Positions 53,213 through 63,509 of a stretch of 64,000 bases of DNA are shown piece by piece. The translations under genes and the position numbers were made by a program. The stretch is taken from IMG/VR virus record IMGVR_UViG_3300044824_000100, positions 1 through 64,000 of that record. One strand, written 5' to 3'. Within the stretch, counting starts at the first letter, position 1. Every line of letters starts with the position of its first letter. The DNA is from a virus (Duplodnaviria > Heunggongvirae > Uroviricota > Caudoviricetes). The notes below the pieces were generated by a model. That model worked only from the letters and a program-made list of their open reading frames with translations, made no database searches and was not told the DNA's origin.

Positions 53213-53862
53213 TCAATCCAACTTCTCCCCAGAAGCTTAAGACAAAGTTCTTCGGCTTCTGGGGTTTTGTTATCCGATTTAGCGAAATTTCCATCTTCAC
53301 CATGAGTCTTCATAGGTCTTAAATTAAGATAAGACTGCAACTTAATCATTTCGTCTTCTGTTTTTGCTTGATTACATGGACAGATATGATCTATGGACCA
53401 ATAAGAACCGTAGTTATCCCAAGACATGATGCCAACAAATTGTTGCTCAATCGTCATAACAAAATCTTCAAAAACACAACCTAAATATCCTTCTAGCTTC
53501 TTATGCTTCTTTAAGTTTTTACGTGTCAAATGGTTATACATTAGTGATCGCATATTAGAAAGAAGTTTAAACTTAGGATCAGAGGCCTTTCTGTCTTTTT
53601 GATATTGAGCTACATATTCGCTATGTATATCGGGGTTTTCTTCACGCCATTTATATGTAGCCTCTTTATGGCGATCTTTATTTTGCGAATTCCAGCGTTT
53701 TCTATTTTCTATTTCACGCTCTTGATTGTTCAACTTCCAAGCTTGTGTCTTTTTAAAAATACACTCAGCACACTTAGACTTACGTCCAAACTTACCGGCA
53801 GTTTCCTTGTGAAACAAATCTAACTCTTTATCATCACCGCAACCTGTACAAATTTTCTTCAT
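53209..53862 (-). CDS. HNH endonuclease inserted between sheath and tube genes
   Basis: WSIDHICPCNQA...NLRP HNH core, N-terminal CxxC; AT-rich; opposite strand within structural operon. Confidence 0.7.
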   Translation of the reverse strand: MKKICTGCGDDKELDLFHKETAGKFGRKSKCAECIFKKTQAWKLNNQEREIENRKRWNSQNKDRHKEATYKWREENPDIHSEYVAQYQKDRKASDPKFKLLSNMRSLMYNHLTRKNLKKHKKLEGYLGCVFEDFVMTIEQQFVGIMSWDNYGSYWSIDHICPCNQAKTEDEMIKLQSYLNLRPMKTHGEDGNFAKSDNKTPEAEELCLKLLGRSWID

Positions 53863-53931
53863 GCTACTATTATACCCAATACCTTCAACAAATAAACTAA
53901 TTATAAGTAATATTTTTGATACAATGGTCTT

Positions 53932-54684
53932 ATGTATGAAGAGGTACTAAAATTTGCCGCCAACGGCCAATGGACCCTAGAGAAAAACTGGAAGGGTCCT
54001 CAAGTTAAAGCCGTTGAAAATTGGGCGGACACTGGCAACAGATCCCACTTGTCTAAGCTGCCCGCAGCTACAGGAAAACTTAGGGAGAACATGCTAGGCA
54101 AACTCAACATGGAGTCCAGCAGTAGACTTAATCCTAAAACTAACGAAAAAGAATATAAAGTCTACAGAGCTGCACATATAGATGACAATACACATAATAA
54201 TAAACTTACTTCATGGACGGTAGCACCAAGCTTTGCCCACTATTGGGCAAACAATGGTGGCCCAGAAACACAAAAAGTAATGCATGCGTGGGTACCAGAA
54301 AAACACGTCCACTCTTATTTACCATACATACAAGAAAAACACAAGCAAGCGAAGGATGAGGGTGAGCTGCTGGTTAACCCGCATAAGTTTAATATTGAGC
54401 GCACCGTAACTGGGCAAAACCTGTTAAGAGAGGGCGCGAAACACGGCGAACCATACAAAAAGCCTAAATACCACGTTCAATTTGGAGATTTAAAGTTAAC
54501 ACGCGAACAATCTAGAAAAATGCACAACCAACCTCACCCTACACAGCCTGGTAGAGTTTATAATCATAGCGACAATCGCAATGAAAGCGGATATAATGAG
54601 TTACCGGGCTATAAATACGACATAGAAGGCAATAATTGGGTTGGAAAAAAGAACGGCAAGGTCGTACATACCGAATCCCTATGA
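53932..54684 (+). CDS. hypothetical protein (AT-rich cargo ORF next to HNH gene)
   Basis: 250 aa, His/Lys/Asn-rich; base composition differs from flanking structural genes. Confidence 0.4.
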   Translation: MYEEVLKFAANGQWTLEKNWKGPQVKAVENWADTGNRSHLSKLPAATGKLRENMLGKLNMESSSRLNPKTNEKEYKVYRAAHIDDNTHNNKLTSWTVAPSFAHYWANNGGPETQKVMHAWVPEKHVHSYLPYIQEKHKQAKDEGELLVNPHKFNIERTVTGQNLLREGAKHGEPYKKPKYHVQFGDLKLTREQSRKMHNQPHPTQPGRVYNHSDNRNESGYNELPGYKYDIEGNNWVGKKNGKVVHTESL

Positions 54685-54778
54685 TTAACCCAACTCCTGA
54701 TATACTAGACCTAATCTATAGCAATTAGGTTATAGAGTTAAATTCAAGGTAGCCAGAACCGAACTGGCAGGAGTCAAT

Positions 54779-55354
54779 ATGGCAGGAAAAGTTCCTAGCT
54801 TCGTTACTGGGGCCAACGCAAAAATAACTGCAGGTGGGGTTACTTTCGCTTATGCAGCGGATGTAAGTTACAACGTATCAATCGACACAGTGCCAATCGA
54901 AACAATGGGTCGTTATGAAACAGTCTCTAACGAACCAGTTAACTACTCTGTAAGTGGTGAACTTAGCGTAGTTCGCTATACTGGTATCGCTAACAATAAT
55001 AACATGGCAGGCGCTGCTGTTAACGGCAACGGCTTGGGTAACGTAAATTATAAGACTGGTGGCAACGGTGCTGACCAGATCAATCCAGGAAACATGCTGA
55101 TCTCTGAGACATGGGATTTGAACGTCTATCAAAAGATCGCTTCAGGTAACCCAGCTACTACGTCTCCAGCAGAAACTAACACAGGTGCTCCTTCAAGCGG
55201 CGCAGTGATCACGATCACAGATTGTCGCTTTAACCGTAAGGCTGCTGGCATCAATAAGCGTGGAATTTTGGTTGACAGATTAAGTTTTGTCGGCATCCTA
55301 GCTTACGACGACAGCTTCCAAGCTGGTACCTCAGGAGACATCGACCTCAGCTAA
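54779..55354 (+). CDS. tail tube protein (paralog 1, probably major)
   Basis: 191 aa immediately after sheath; followed by strong terminator; paralogous to next two ORFs. Confidence 0.6.
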   Translation: MAGKVPSFVTGANAKITAGGVTFAYAADVSYNVSIDTVPIETMGRYETVSNEPVNYSVSGELSVVRYTGIANNNNMAGAAVNGNGLGNVNYKTGGNGADQINPGNMLISETWDLNVYQKIASGNPATTSPAETNTGAPSSGAVITITDCRFNRKAAGINKRGILVDRLSFVGILAYDDSFQAGTSGDIDLS

Positions 55355-55381
55355 TCGATCAAGTTCAATAAAGTCAATGAA

Positions 55382-55416
55382 GAAGGCACCTCAAAAGGGT
55401 GCCTTTTTTATTTTTC
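55382..55416 (+). terminator. rho-independent terminator
   Basis: AGGCACC-TCAAAAG-GGTGCCT hairpin followed by TTTTTTATTTTTC. Confidence 0.75.
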
Positions 55417-55449
55417 TAAGTTAACCTATTCAGACTTATAATAAATCCT

Positions 55450-56088
55450 ATGGCAGGCGTAAAACCTTTCTTCCTCACAGGCGACAAACTTAAGTTGGTT
55501 CTCAACGGTAAGACCATAGCGTTCGCTACCGACCTATCCTGCTCTATACAGGTCTCTCATCAGACCCCACACGTCCTAGGCATGTATGAAGGGGTTTCTG
55601 TTGAGCCATTAGCTTATAACGTTTCTGGTAGTTTTAGCATTATTAGATATGTCCATAACGCTATCGCTAACATAGGTGGAACTCCGCCTAATGGAGTTAG
55701 TCCATCTGATGCAGGTAACGGCGTGGGTAATTGGGGCTCTGTCTGGGGCGGCGGTGTTCTAAACAATGTTCTGTCTACAATAGGTAATCCGTTCAGTGGG
55801 GGCACTGATGGACGAGCTAATGAGGCCCTTGATCCTAGCACCTATCAAACAGGAACCACGTTTGACATCCTAGTTTATCAACAAGTCGCTAATAATGCGG
55901 CTGATACAGGTTCTACAACCACCGACGTATTAGGCGTAATTAGGATCAGAAGCGCCAGAATAACTAGAGCAGATTTCAGCGTTAACAAGAAAAGCCCAGC
56001 TCAGGATAGATTTGAGTTCACTGCACTCTATGTCGATGGAGATGCCTATCAGGCAAACCCATCTGGTACGGGTCAGCAGAACTCTTAA
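55450..56088 (+). CDS. tail tube protein paralog 2
   Basis: N-terminus MAGVKPFFLTGDKLKLVLNGKTIAFATDLSCS aligns with paralog 1 MAGKVPSFVTGANAKITAGGVTFAYAADVSYN. Confidence 0.55.
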   Translation: MAGVKPFFLTGDKLKLVLNGKTIAFATDLSCSIQVSHQTPHVLGMYEGVSVEPLAYNVSGSFSIIRYVHNAIANIGGTPPNGVSPSDAGNGVGNWGSVWGGGVLNNVLSTIGNPFSGGTDGRANEALDPSTYQTGTTFDILVYQQVANNAADTGSTTTDVLGVIRIRSARITRADFSVNKKSPAQDRFEFTALYVDGDAYQANPSGTGQQNS

Positions 56089-56096
56089 GGTAACTT

Positions 56097-56762
56097 ATGG
56101 CAGAAACAGGTTTTGATACATCGCCAGGTTTTGTAGAAAACACGATTAACAACGTTGTAAGTAACGTTGCAGGTGTGTTCTCTACCAGACCAAATGCTAA
56201 ATTCATGAGTGGAGCTAGGTGCACACTTAAGATAAACGGTAAGTTGGTTGGTTTTGCTTTTGCTATTAATTGGAACATAAATACTACTTATACTGAAGTG
56301 ACCACAGTAGATGATTATCTAGCGTATGAACTGGCTCCTCAAAGAGTTACAGTAGATGGAAGCATATCAGCATTGCATGTACCCGGTACTAGTGCCACTA
56401 CGCAGGGTTGGCAATCAGATATTTTGTCGTTTCTGTTCGCTCCGTATGTATCAATTGAAGCTAGAGATTCTGCAACCAACCAAGTTATATTTTCTACAGA
56501 TAAAGCCGTAATAGTATCTCGCTCTGAGGATATAAGAGTTGATTCGCTATCACAAGTAACGCTGAGATGGAAGGCTATTGGGTTCATCGATGAGAAGACT
56601 CCAGCTCCGCCAAATAACTATAACGAACCTAATAACACTCGTCCTGGAAGTCCTCCTACTCCAGTGACTAGACAAACTAACTTAGGCAATACAGGTCCTG
56701 CGGGTATACCAACGTTGTCAGGTAATGGCACTTTGTCAACCGGTAAACCTACTCTCCCATAA
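56097..56762 (+). CDS. tail tube protein paralog 3
   Basis: KFMSGARCTLKINGKLVGFAFAINWN aligns with paralogs 1 and 2. Confidence 0.5.
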   Translation: MAETGFDTSPGFVENTINNVVSNVAGVFSTRPNAKFMSGARCTLKINGKLVGFAFAINWNINTTYTEVTTVDDYLAYELAPQRVTVDGSISALHVPGTSATTQGWQSDILSFLFAPYVSIEARDSATNQVIFSTDKAVIVSRSEDIRVDSLSQVTLRWKAIGFIDEKTPAPPNNYNEPNNTRPGSPPTPVTRQTNLGNTGPAGIPTLSGNGTLSTGKPTLP

Positions 56763-56792
56763 ATTAGGTATAATAATCTAGAGGTTTAAGAT

Positions 56793-57179
56793 ATGGAACT
56801 ACCAAAGAACGAAGCTACGTTTGACATTGACTCATTAGGCGATACGACCTTCAAGCATTATGAAGGGCAATTTACTTGTCGTTGCGTCCTTACGATGGGA
56901 CAAAAGCACTCGATGGAACTTGAGAAATCACGACTCCTTGGAAGCTATACCAATCCCACTGAGGAGTTGGAAGGTCTTGCTATCATATTCGCAAATTTGA
57001 GAGCGAAAGTTATCGAGGCTCCAGAATGGTGGAAGCAGAGCATGGGTGGAGCTACCATCAATGATGAGAACGTCCTCGTCGACATATACACTAAAATTCA
57101 AAAGGCAGAGCAAGAATGGCGTCAGAAGGTGAAAGAACTGGCGAATCCAGCACCGGACTCTCAGTCGCAGAATCTATAA
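56793..57179 (+). CDS. putative tail assembly chaperone
   Basis: 128 aa between tube and tape measure; overlaps next ORF. Confidence 0.45.
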   Translation: MELPKNEATFDIDSLGDTTFKHYEGQFTCRCVLTMGQKHSMELEKSRLLGSYTNPTEELEGLAIIFANLRAKVIEAPEWWKQSMGGATINDENVLVDIYTKIQKAEQEWRQKVKELANPAPDSQSQNL

Positions 57180-57616
57180 GGAAAATAGCGGCTAACAACG
57201 CTAGAGCTAACCTCGATGATGAGGAACAGCTTAAACTATTCCTGCAGAGTTGGTGGTCAAGAACTTATAATAGACCACTGAAGGACCCATTGCTTGAGAC
57301 ATACACCCTAGAGGAACTCTTGTACGAGTTCTACGACCGAGTAGAGCGCCGAGCTGCGGAAGAAGAACGTATAAAGACAGTAGAGATAGAGCAGGAAGAA
57401 CAGAAGGACAAAACTGATCTTGACTGGGCTGACAAGATGGAACAGGAAGAACTTGATCAGATGAAAGCTAAAGCTGCCACTGAGGAAGTAAAGAAAACTG
57501 AAGATCCAACCAAGGATCCTGAGAACATTAAGTGGATGGAAGAACAGATGAAGATCCACAAGCAGCAGTTCGGTGAGACGTTCGGGGAAGATATAGATGC
57601 CAACTTCGAAGAATAA
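57116..57616 (+). CDS. putative tail assembly chaperone (acidic), -1 frame relative to upstream ORF
   Basis: 166 aa, highly acidic; 64-nt overlap in -1 frame, analogous to lambda G/GT and P2 E/E'; own ATG present. Confidence 0.45.
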   Translation: MASEGERTGESSTGLSVAESIRKIAANNARANLDDEEQLKLFLQSWWSRTYNRPLKDPLLETYTLEELLYEFYDRVERRAAEEERIKTVEIEQEEQKDKTDLDWADKMEQEELDQMKAKAATEEVKKTEDPTKDPENIKWMEEQMKIHKQQFGETFGEDIDANFEE

Positions 57617-57884
57617 CAACCCATATTCAAAATATAGATTTGATAACAATAGGTCACTTAAGGTAAGAACAAACATTACCAACGATGATATTGTGGATGT
57701 TTTTGGTGCCGAGGTTTGTTCTATGGCTAGCGACGTAAAGATCAAACTATACGACACAGAATCAGTGCCATACGGGACCACAGTTATCCAAGACTACGTT
57801 TATAAGGTTAACCGCATAAACGAAGTTGATAATCCTATAGTTCCACCTTCCTATAAAGGGCCTACCTACTTTAAACCCTTTTAA
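57597..57884 (+). CDS. hypothetical protein
   Basis: 95 aa between chaperone and tape measure. Confidence 0.35.
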   Translation: MPTSKNNNPYSKYRFDNNRSLKVRTNITNDDIVDVFGAEVCSMASDVKIKLYDTESVPYGTTVIQDYVYKVNRINEVDNPIVPPSYKGPTYFKPF

Positions 57885-57900
57885 GTTATAATAGCCTTCT

Positions 57901-60678
57901 ATGGCTAGAGACCCAAACAGCAGCGACGATAACAGTACTCCTAATATGATAGGAGACCTTGGACTATCTAGGGTTGCTCAAATAGCATCACAAAATAGAA
58001 TTTCTGCGGAAGACGCGGCCGACAGAAGAAGGATGGAAGGCGTCAATGCAAGAATTGATGCTTATGAAAGTCTAACTAGCGTTCAACGCAAATTACCCAT
58101 ACTACAAAAAGGTTATGTTAATGACCTAACTACTCGTGTCAGACTCACTCCTAGGATTAGAATTAGAGCAGAAGCTGCTGAGAATAGACTTACTTCTCAA
58201 GTAGTTAATTCGCTTGGTAGAGAATATTCTGAATCCGGCATCAACGGAATAATAAACGCAATATCAGGTTCGCCAGAGGCACAATTTGCTGCCATGGGCA
58301 TGATGAACACATCTTATAATGATCTCATTACTCAGCAACGTGAAAAACGCTCGCGCCTTGGCGCAGTTAGTGAAATCAATCAAGCATTAGGTTCTGTTGT
58401 AGTGAATAGACGCGGTATGGATCAAGGCGTGTATGGTCAAATGCAAGCAAACACAAAAGAAGCTCAGGGTTTGATTAATGAGCTTGGTAGTATTAATGCG
58501 GCCATTAGTCATAAAAAAATAATAGGTGAAGATCCTAGATCTGGGGCCACATCTGCCATAAGAGATGTAGCATTTGCTAAAACAATACCAGAATCTGACC
58601 ACGCGTATAAGGCCGCTCAGGATTTAATAAAGGCATTTGAGAATTTAAAATCTATGTCCGATGCCACATCGGAAGAATTTAAACAATTACAGAAGAATTT
58701 AGCTGACGCATCAGGAGGTGGAGGTAAATTAGGCAAAATGGCAGGTCTAGCCTCACCATGGTTAAATGCTGGCGCAGCCATGATGGGGGCAATGGGCAAT
58801 GCAACCATGCAGATAGGCGTTAATCAGCGTCTAGGACAAGCAAATAACGCGGGTGGTTTTGCTGACTGGGAAAATCAGAAGTATCAAACCTATAAGGCGG
58901 CTGCGGGCGGAGATATTGCTTCTCTTATGCAATTATCTCAATTTGGTGGAGCTGAAGCATTTGGTGGTAACTTAAGTAACAATGCAAACATTGCTCTTTC
59001 TGAGAAGACTGCAAGTTCTGTTTTTGGCGGTTTGGGAAATATCTTATCGGGAGCAGCTAAGGGTGCTGCAATAGGTACACTGGTCGAACCAGGTGGCGGT
59101 ACAATTGTAGGTGGAATTCTTGGTGCTATATCTGCCGCATCTGGCGACGTAGCCAATACCACGGTTACTGCATCAGACATAACAAGAAATGTTACAGGCG
59201 GACAGGCAGACATCGCAGCACGTCAAGCTCAACTTAATGTAGTTCGTGCTGCTCAAGCGGTTGGTGCTGAACAAGTTCAAGGTTTTAGTGACTTTACTAA
59301 AGGAATGGGTTTAGCGGCGCGTGGTGCAGGCAGTGCAGGTTCAAGTTTATTAGCAAACACTATCACTGATGCCAACCTGGCTAACATGGCCACAGCAAGA
59401 ATTAGTCCAGAACAATTTGCTCAAATGTCTCAGATGGGTGTAGCAAGTATGGGTTCTATGTTTAACACAGATCAAATATTTGCAGCGCGTGGATTAGAAG
59501 CGCATGGACATGGGACAATGCAAGAAAACATGGGAAGATTTGCGACACTTTCTGCAGCGGGTTCTAATAATCCTCAAGAGTCGTTTGGCAGCATATTAGA
59601 AACAGCCATGGGCAAAAGCCTAGATAACTCTAAAAATCTTAACTCTATCGCTGAACATTCAGCTCAGATGGCTAGTGGCTCTATTGGCAGGGGAATAGGT
59701 TTAGACACTGCTTCGTCTGCAGGTGCTATGATAATGGCAGGAATAAACAAGGACACACCAAATAGAGATGCTGCATTGGAACGTAGTGGTGATGCACAAG
59801 CTGCATTAAACGCTGTTAGTGGAAATACAAGTGCTGGCTTTATGGGTTATGTCAATACTGCAACTAACCAAAAACTAAGTGGTTTAAAGGGAGCAGGTAA
59901 CGTTTTTGCTACTGGTACAGACAGTGCAACTCTAATAGCAATGAAGGGGTTAAAGGGAGAAGCTTTAGCGAGAGCTGAACGTTTAGCTGGTTGGGGTAAT
60001 ATAACAGCAGGACCAGAAGCAGAAAAAGCTCTTGCCGGAACGCTTGAACAACATGAGTTGAGTTTAATTAAAGGTAACAATGCAGCGGTAACACCATCTG
60101 CCGCTATGGTTGCAAGCATATCAAAAAAACTTAAAGCCGCAGCTGCAGCTGGAAGCAACTACACAGATGCCTTAAATAGTTTGTCACCAGCAGAGCAAGG
60201 TGCAGCAGGACAAGTGGCCAGAGCGTCAGGTTTGGCGCCAGACATTTGGGCCAGCGGAATCATGGGTCTTGAAGCCAAAGTTCCAAACGGCAAAGGTGCA
60301 GCAGGTGAAATGAAGACGTTCGATGCGAACGATCCTTCTCAACGAGCAGGAATAGATAAGATTTTGACGGCCGGAGCGGCACAGCTAGCAGAAGCAGCTA
60401 AGACAGGAGCGACAGCACTAGGTGGAGCAACCAAGGGTGCAGATGCACTCGCTACTGCTTTTGATCTTCTTATAAAAGCTATGCCAAAAACTGAGCAAGA
60501 AGCTACAACAGCTGCAGGAAAAGCTGCCGCTAATCGCGGAGCAGGTGGCCTTGATGTAAGCATTACAAACCTAGGTACAGCCATTGGAAATTTAAACACA
60601 GTATTGAATAACGCGTTGGGCAAGAATAACATGTATCCTGTTGACGATAAAGCAGCTAAAAAGGGTTTAAGTCACTAA
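57901..60678 (+). CDS. tail tape measure protein
   Basis: 925 aa, Ala/Gly-rich, low complexity, downstream of chaperones. Confidence 0.75.
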   Translation: MARDPNSSDDNSTPNMIGDLGLSRVAQIASQNRISAEDAADRRRMEGVNARIDAYESLTSVQRKLPILQKGYVNDLTTRVRLTPRIRIRAEAAENRLTSQVVNSLGREYSESGINGIINAISGSPEAQFAAMGMMNTSYNDLITQQREKRSRLGAVSEINQALGSVVVNRRGMDQGVYGQMQANTKEAQGLINELGSINAAISHKKIIGEDPRSGATSAIRDVAFAKTIPESDHAYKAAQDLIKAFENLKSMSDATSEEFKQLQKNLADASGGGGKLGKMAGLASPWLNAGAAMMGAMGNATMQIGVNQRLGQANNAGGFADWENQKYQTYKAAAGGDIASLMQLSQFGGAEAFGGNLSNNANIALSEKTASSVFGGLGNILSGAAKGAAIGTLVEPGGGTIVGGILGAISAASGDVANTTVTASDITRNVTGGQADIAARQAQLNVVRAAQAVGAEQVQGFSDFTKGMGLAARGAGSAGSSLLANTITDANLANMATARISPEQFAQMSQMGVASMGSMFNTDQIFAARGLEAHGHGTMQENMGRFATLSAAGSNNPQESFGSILETAMGKSLDNSKNLNSIAEHSAQMASGSIGRGIGLDTASSAGAMIMAGINKDTPNRDAALERSGDAQAALNAVSGNTSAGFMGYVNTATNQKLSGLKGAGNVFATGTDSATLIAMKGLKGEALARAERLAGWGNITAGPEAEKALAGTLEQHELSLIKGNNAAVTPSAAMVASISKKLKAAAAAGSNYTDALNSLSPAEQGAAGQVARASGLAPDIWASGIMGLEAKVPNGKGAAGEMKTFDANDPSQRAGIDKILTAGAAQLAEAAKTGATALGGATKGADALATAFDLLIKAMPKTEQEATTAAGKAAANRGAGGLDVSITNLGTAIGNLNTVLNNALGKNNMYPVDDKAAKKGLSH

Positions 60679-60695
60679 GGTAATTTATAAACGAT

Positions 60696-62525
60696 ATGGC
60701 ACTTAATCAAACAAACAACTACAAGATAACAACCCCTCATGCTGCTGTTATCATATGGAATTACAATGATAGGTTAGGTGTAGTTCCAACTCAAAACAGC
60801 ACGATAAATGATGTTGACGAGATAATAATTAGCACGGTTTCTTGTGTCTCTATACAAACAAATAAATCTAAAGGATCTCCGGCTGGATCTTTTAGTATAG
60901 CTTTAGCTCCAACCAGAGATTGGGTTTCCCTAATTACTGCAGGTAGTTGGTGTGCCATATTGATGTCGGATCAACCTATTACAAAAGATCAATTGCCATC
61001 ATCTGGACAATCCACTAAAAAATCCCTATCTCAGTTCGTTAAGATGATAGGAAAGATTGAAACAGTTAGATTAAGCACTACAATGAACGACGAAGTACTT
61101 AGACAAACAATGTATACGATAACTGGAAGTGATTGGGGTTACATATTTAACAATACTCTCTATGTAGATAACTTAATAGCTGATTCAAATGCTCCTGCCG
61201 ATCAAGGCAATGCTATAGCTATTTATCTTCGTAATCAACTTTTAGGTGACGGTAATGCTCCACAGAGTTTTAAGGTTGCCGACAACCTTGACTCGTTAAT
61301 AGGCATATTTGGAACATCTGACCCTACTGTTCAACAAGTAGGTGGAACCATCAACAGGATCGATAAATCTATGTACGATTTCTTGATACCACAAAAAATG
61401 ACTGCATATTTTAACTTTATTGATGCTAACAACACAATTAATCCATCTACTAAAGTATCTAACTTGTTGACGTTAGAAACTGGTAGACTTAGTGCTTACA
61501 ACACATATGAAGACACTAATGAAGCTTATGGTTTCATAGATCCATTTTCACTTCAAGGAACAAATTCCTTTTGGCAAATACTGATGGATAATAGTAATCC
61601 CGCACTTAACGAGATGTTCAACGAGATCGTGTGGGAAACAGATAACGACGGTAATTTAGGTCCAGCGCTCTATCTATATAATAGAATTAAGCCATTTTCA
61701 TATCAGAGTCAGGCGCCTACAACAATATCTCAAAATGGGCAAACAGTTACACTATCTCAGGGTCAGCAAACATTAGTGAACCAAATTAGGTCACCATTTA
61801 CACTACTTTATACACATACAATAGAGAATATTAAAGTTACATCGATCGACATGGGCACTAATTGGCGTGATAAATACAACTTCATAGAAATTAGACCGCA
61901 ATTTCAAGATTTTGAAATATTACAAGGATGGACAGCGCAAAAATCACAAAGCGCAGATTCTAACGCTTTTAATAGGGAAGGGTTCAGACCTTTAATTGTT
62001 GGTACAAAGCAATTCCCCGTTGATCCTTCTAAATCAGGATCTACATACAATGCTGAGTTACTTACGAGTTGGATTGCCCTTTTGAAGGAGTGGTACTTCG
62101 ACACGCACAGATTGTTAAACGGAACACTAACCATGAGAGGCACCTCTGAATATATTGGCGTTGGAAACAATATCTTGTTTGAAGCTGGATTGATTAATCC
62201 AACCATGAATCTTAATAATGGGACAACTACCAACAAGAGTACAAACTATATATTAGCACACGTAGAAAATGTGGGTCACAGTTTTACTGTAAATTCTGAT
62301 GGCACTAGAACATACGTTACTACAATTCAGTTTGTAAGAGGCATAACAGTTAATAAGTCTAACGGTGGTTATACGCTTGTTGGCAGTGGTTCACTAGACA
62401 AACTTGCTTCTGCTCAAACAGAAAGTGCATATAATAACTCAGTAAACACGTTTGGAACATCTGATGGTCTAAGCAACCCTACTCGCCCAATAGATCCAGA
62501 CCCGCGTAAGTTGCGTGGAGACTAA
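60696..62525 (+). CDS. tail/baseplate protein
   Basis: 609 aa directly after tape measure. Confidence 0.45.
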   Translation: MALNQTNNYKITTPHAAVIIWNYNDRLGVVPTQNSTINDVDEIIISTVSCVSIQTNKSKGSPAGSFSIALAPTRDWVSLITAGSWCAILMSDQPITKDQLPSSGQSTKKSLSQFVKMIGKIETVRLSTTMNDEVLRQTMYTITGSDWGYIFNNTLYVDNLIADSNAPADQGNAIAIYLRNQLLGDGNAPQSFKVADNLDSLIGIFGTSDPTVQQVGGTINRIDKSMYDFLIPQKMTAYFNFIDANNTINPSTKVSNLLTLETGRLSAYNTYEDTNEAYGFIDPFSLQGTNSFWQILMDNSNPALNEMFNEIVWETDNDGNLGPALYLYNRIKPFSYQSQAPTTISQNGQTVTLSQGQQTLVNQIRSPFTLLYTHTIENIKVTSIDMGTNWRDKYNFIEIRPQFQDFEILQGWTAQKSQSADSNAFNREGFRPLIVGTKQFPVDPSKSGSTYNAELLTSWIALLKEWYFDTHRLLNGTLTMRGTSEYIGVGNNILFEAGLINPTMNLNNGTTTNKSTNYILAHVENVGHSFTVNSDGTRTYVTTIQFVRGITVNKSNGGYTLVGSGSLDKLASAQTESAYNNSVNTFGTSDGLSNPTRPIDPDPRKLRGD

Positions 62526-62528
62526 CGT

Positions 62529-63485
62529 ATGCCAGGCACAGTAAAAGATAGTTCTATCTGGTCAGATCCTGGGAACTTAACAGCTGTAAATAGGCTTGAT
62601 GGTTTAATCAGGATTGGCATAGTTAAAGGCGCATTCAACGACACAGACACTGGAGAACTCAGGTATCTAGTCGAGATACAGGATCAGGCTAAGAAGATTA
62701 ATGTAAACTGCCGAATGATGAGAAGGTTCGGTGGTGTTTATAACTATGAAGATTATATTGATCGCGGCTACAACATTAATGATTTTCCAGATCCTGTGTC
62801 GGGATTCAGCGCTAAGGCCGGTGACGCTGTACTAGTTGGGCAGTTAAACGGACAAGGTAGAGAAGGCGTCATACTGGGCGGCTTAACGCATGCCGCCCGC
62901 ACAACTACTATACAGGCGACTAATGGTCCTCAGTATGACGCTGAATTTAATGGTATTCATACCAACATAAATCAAAATGGCGAGTGGACACTTACATTTA
63001 AGGGTCAACCTACAAACTTAAGCGGTCTTAATAATGTTCCATCTGGTGCAATACCAGCGCCGCAATACAATACAACTATCGGTAGTAGCTTTATGAAGTT
63101 TGACGTAACAGGTAGCTATACTGTTAGCGACAATGCTACCAACAACCCTCAGTCAGTTTTTATAGATAAACCAAACGGAGTCCTAACCATAACAGCAGGA
63201 CCGGTGTCTATGGTCATGGACAAAAATGCTCAGTCAATGGTTTTAACATGCGAAGTATATAAGTTAGAAGCTAGTGCTACCGCAATCGTCAATTCTCCTA
63301 AGGTTGCTATTGGTAACGGCACTATTGAACTACTAGATCAACTTACTCAACTAATAGACGCCTTAGGTAAGGTTACAACCATTTCTCCTGTCGGTCCATG
63401 CACTTCACTCAATGAAGTAGAGGATTGGCCTGTGGTTGAACAAATTAAGGCCAACATTAACAAAATCAAAGGAACCTTGAGTTAA
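62529..63485 (+). CDS. tail/baseplate protein
   Basis: 318 aa, ATG 4 nt after previous stop. Confidence 0.45.
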   Translation: MPGTVKDSSIWSDPGNLTAVNRLDGLIRIGIVKGAFNDTDTGELRYLVEIQDQAKKINVNCRMMRRFGGVYNYEDYIDRGYNINDFPDPVSGFSAKAGDAVLVGQLNGQGREGVILGGLTHAARTTTIQATNGPQYDAEFNGIHTNINQNGEWTLTFKGQPTNLSGLNNVPSGAIPAPQYNTTIGSSFMKFDVTGSYTVSDNATNNPQSVFIDKPNGVLTITAGPVSMVMDKNAQSMVLTCEVYKLEASATAIVNSPKVAIGNGTIELLDQLTQLIDALGKVTTISPVGPCTSLNEVEDWPVVEQIKANINKIKGTLS

Positions 63486-63509
63486 CGGGTATCGGGTTAT
63501 AATTTAATT

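Noticed and set aside
57095-57179. Programmed -1 frameshift site in chaperone overlap
   Set aside because: No X XXY YYZ slippery heptamer found by eye in the shared window. Kept only as a low-confidence finding.
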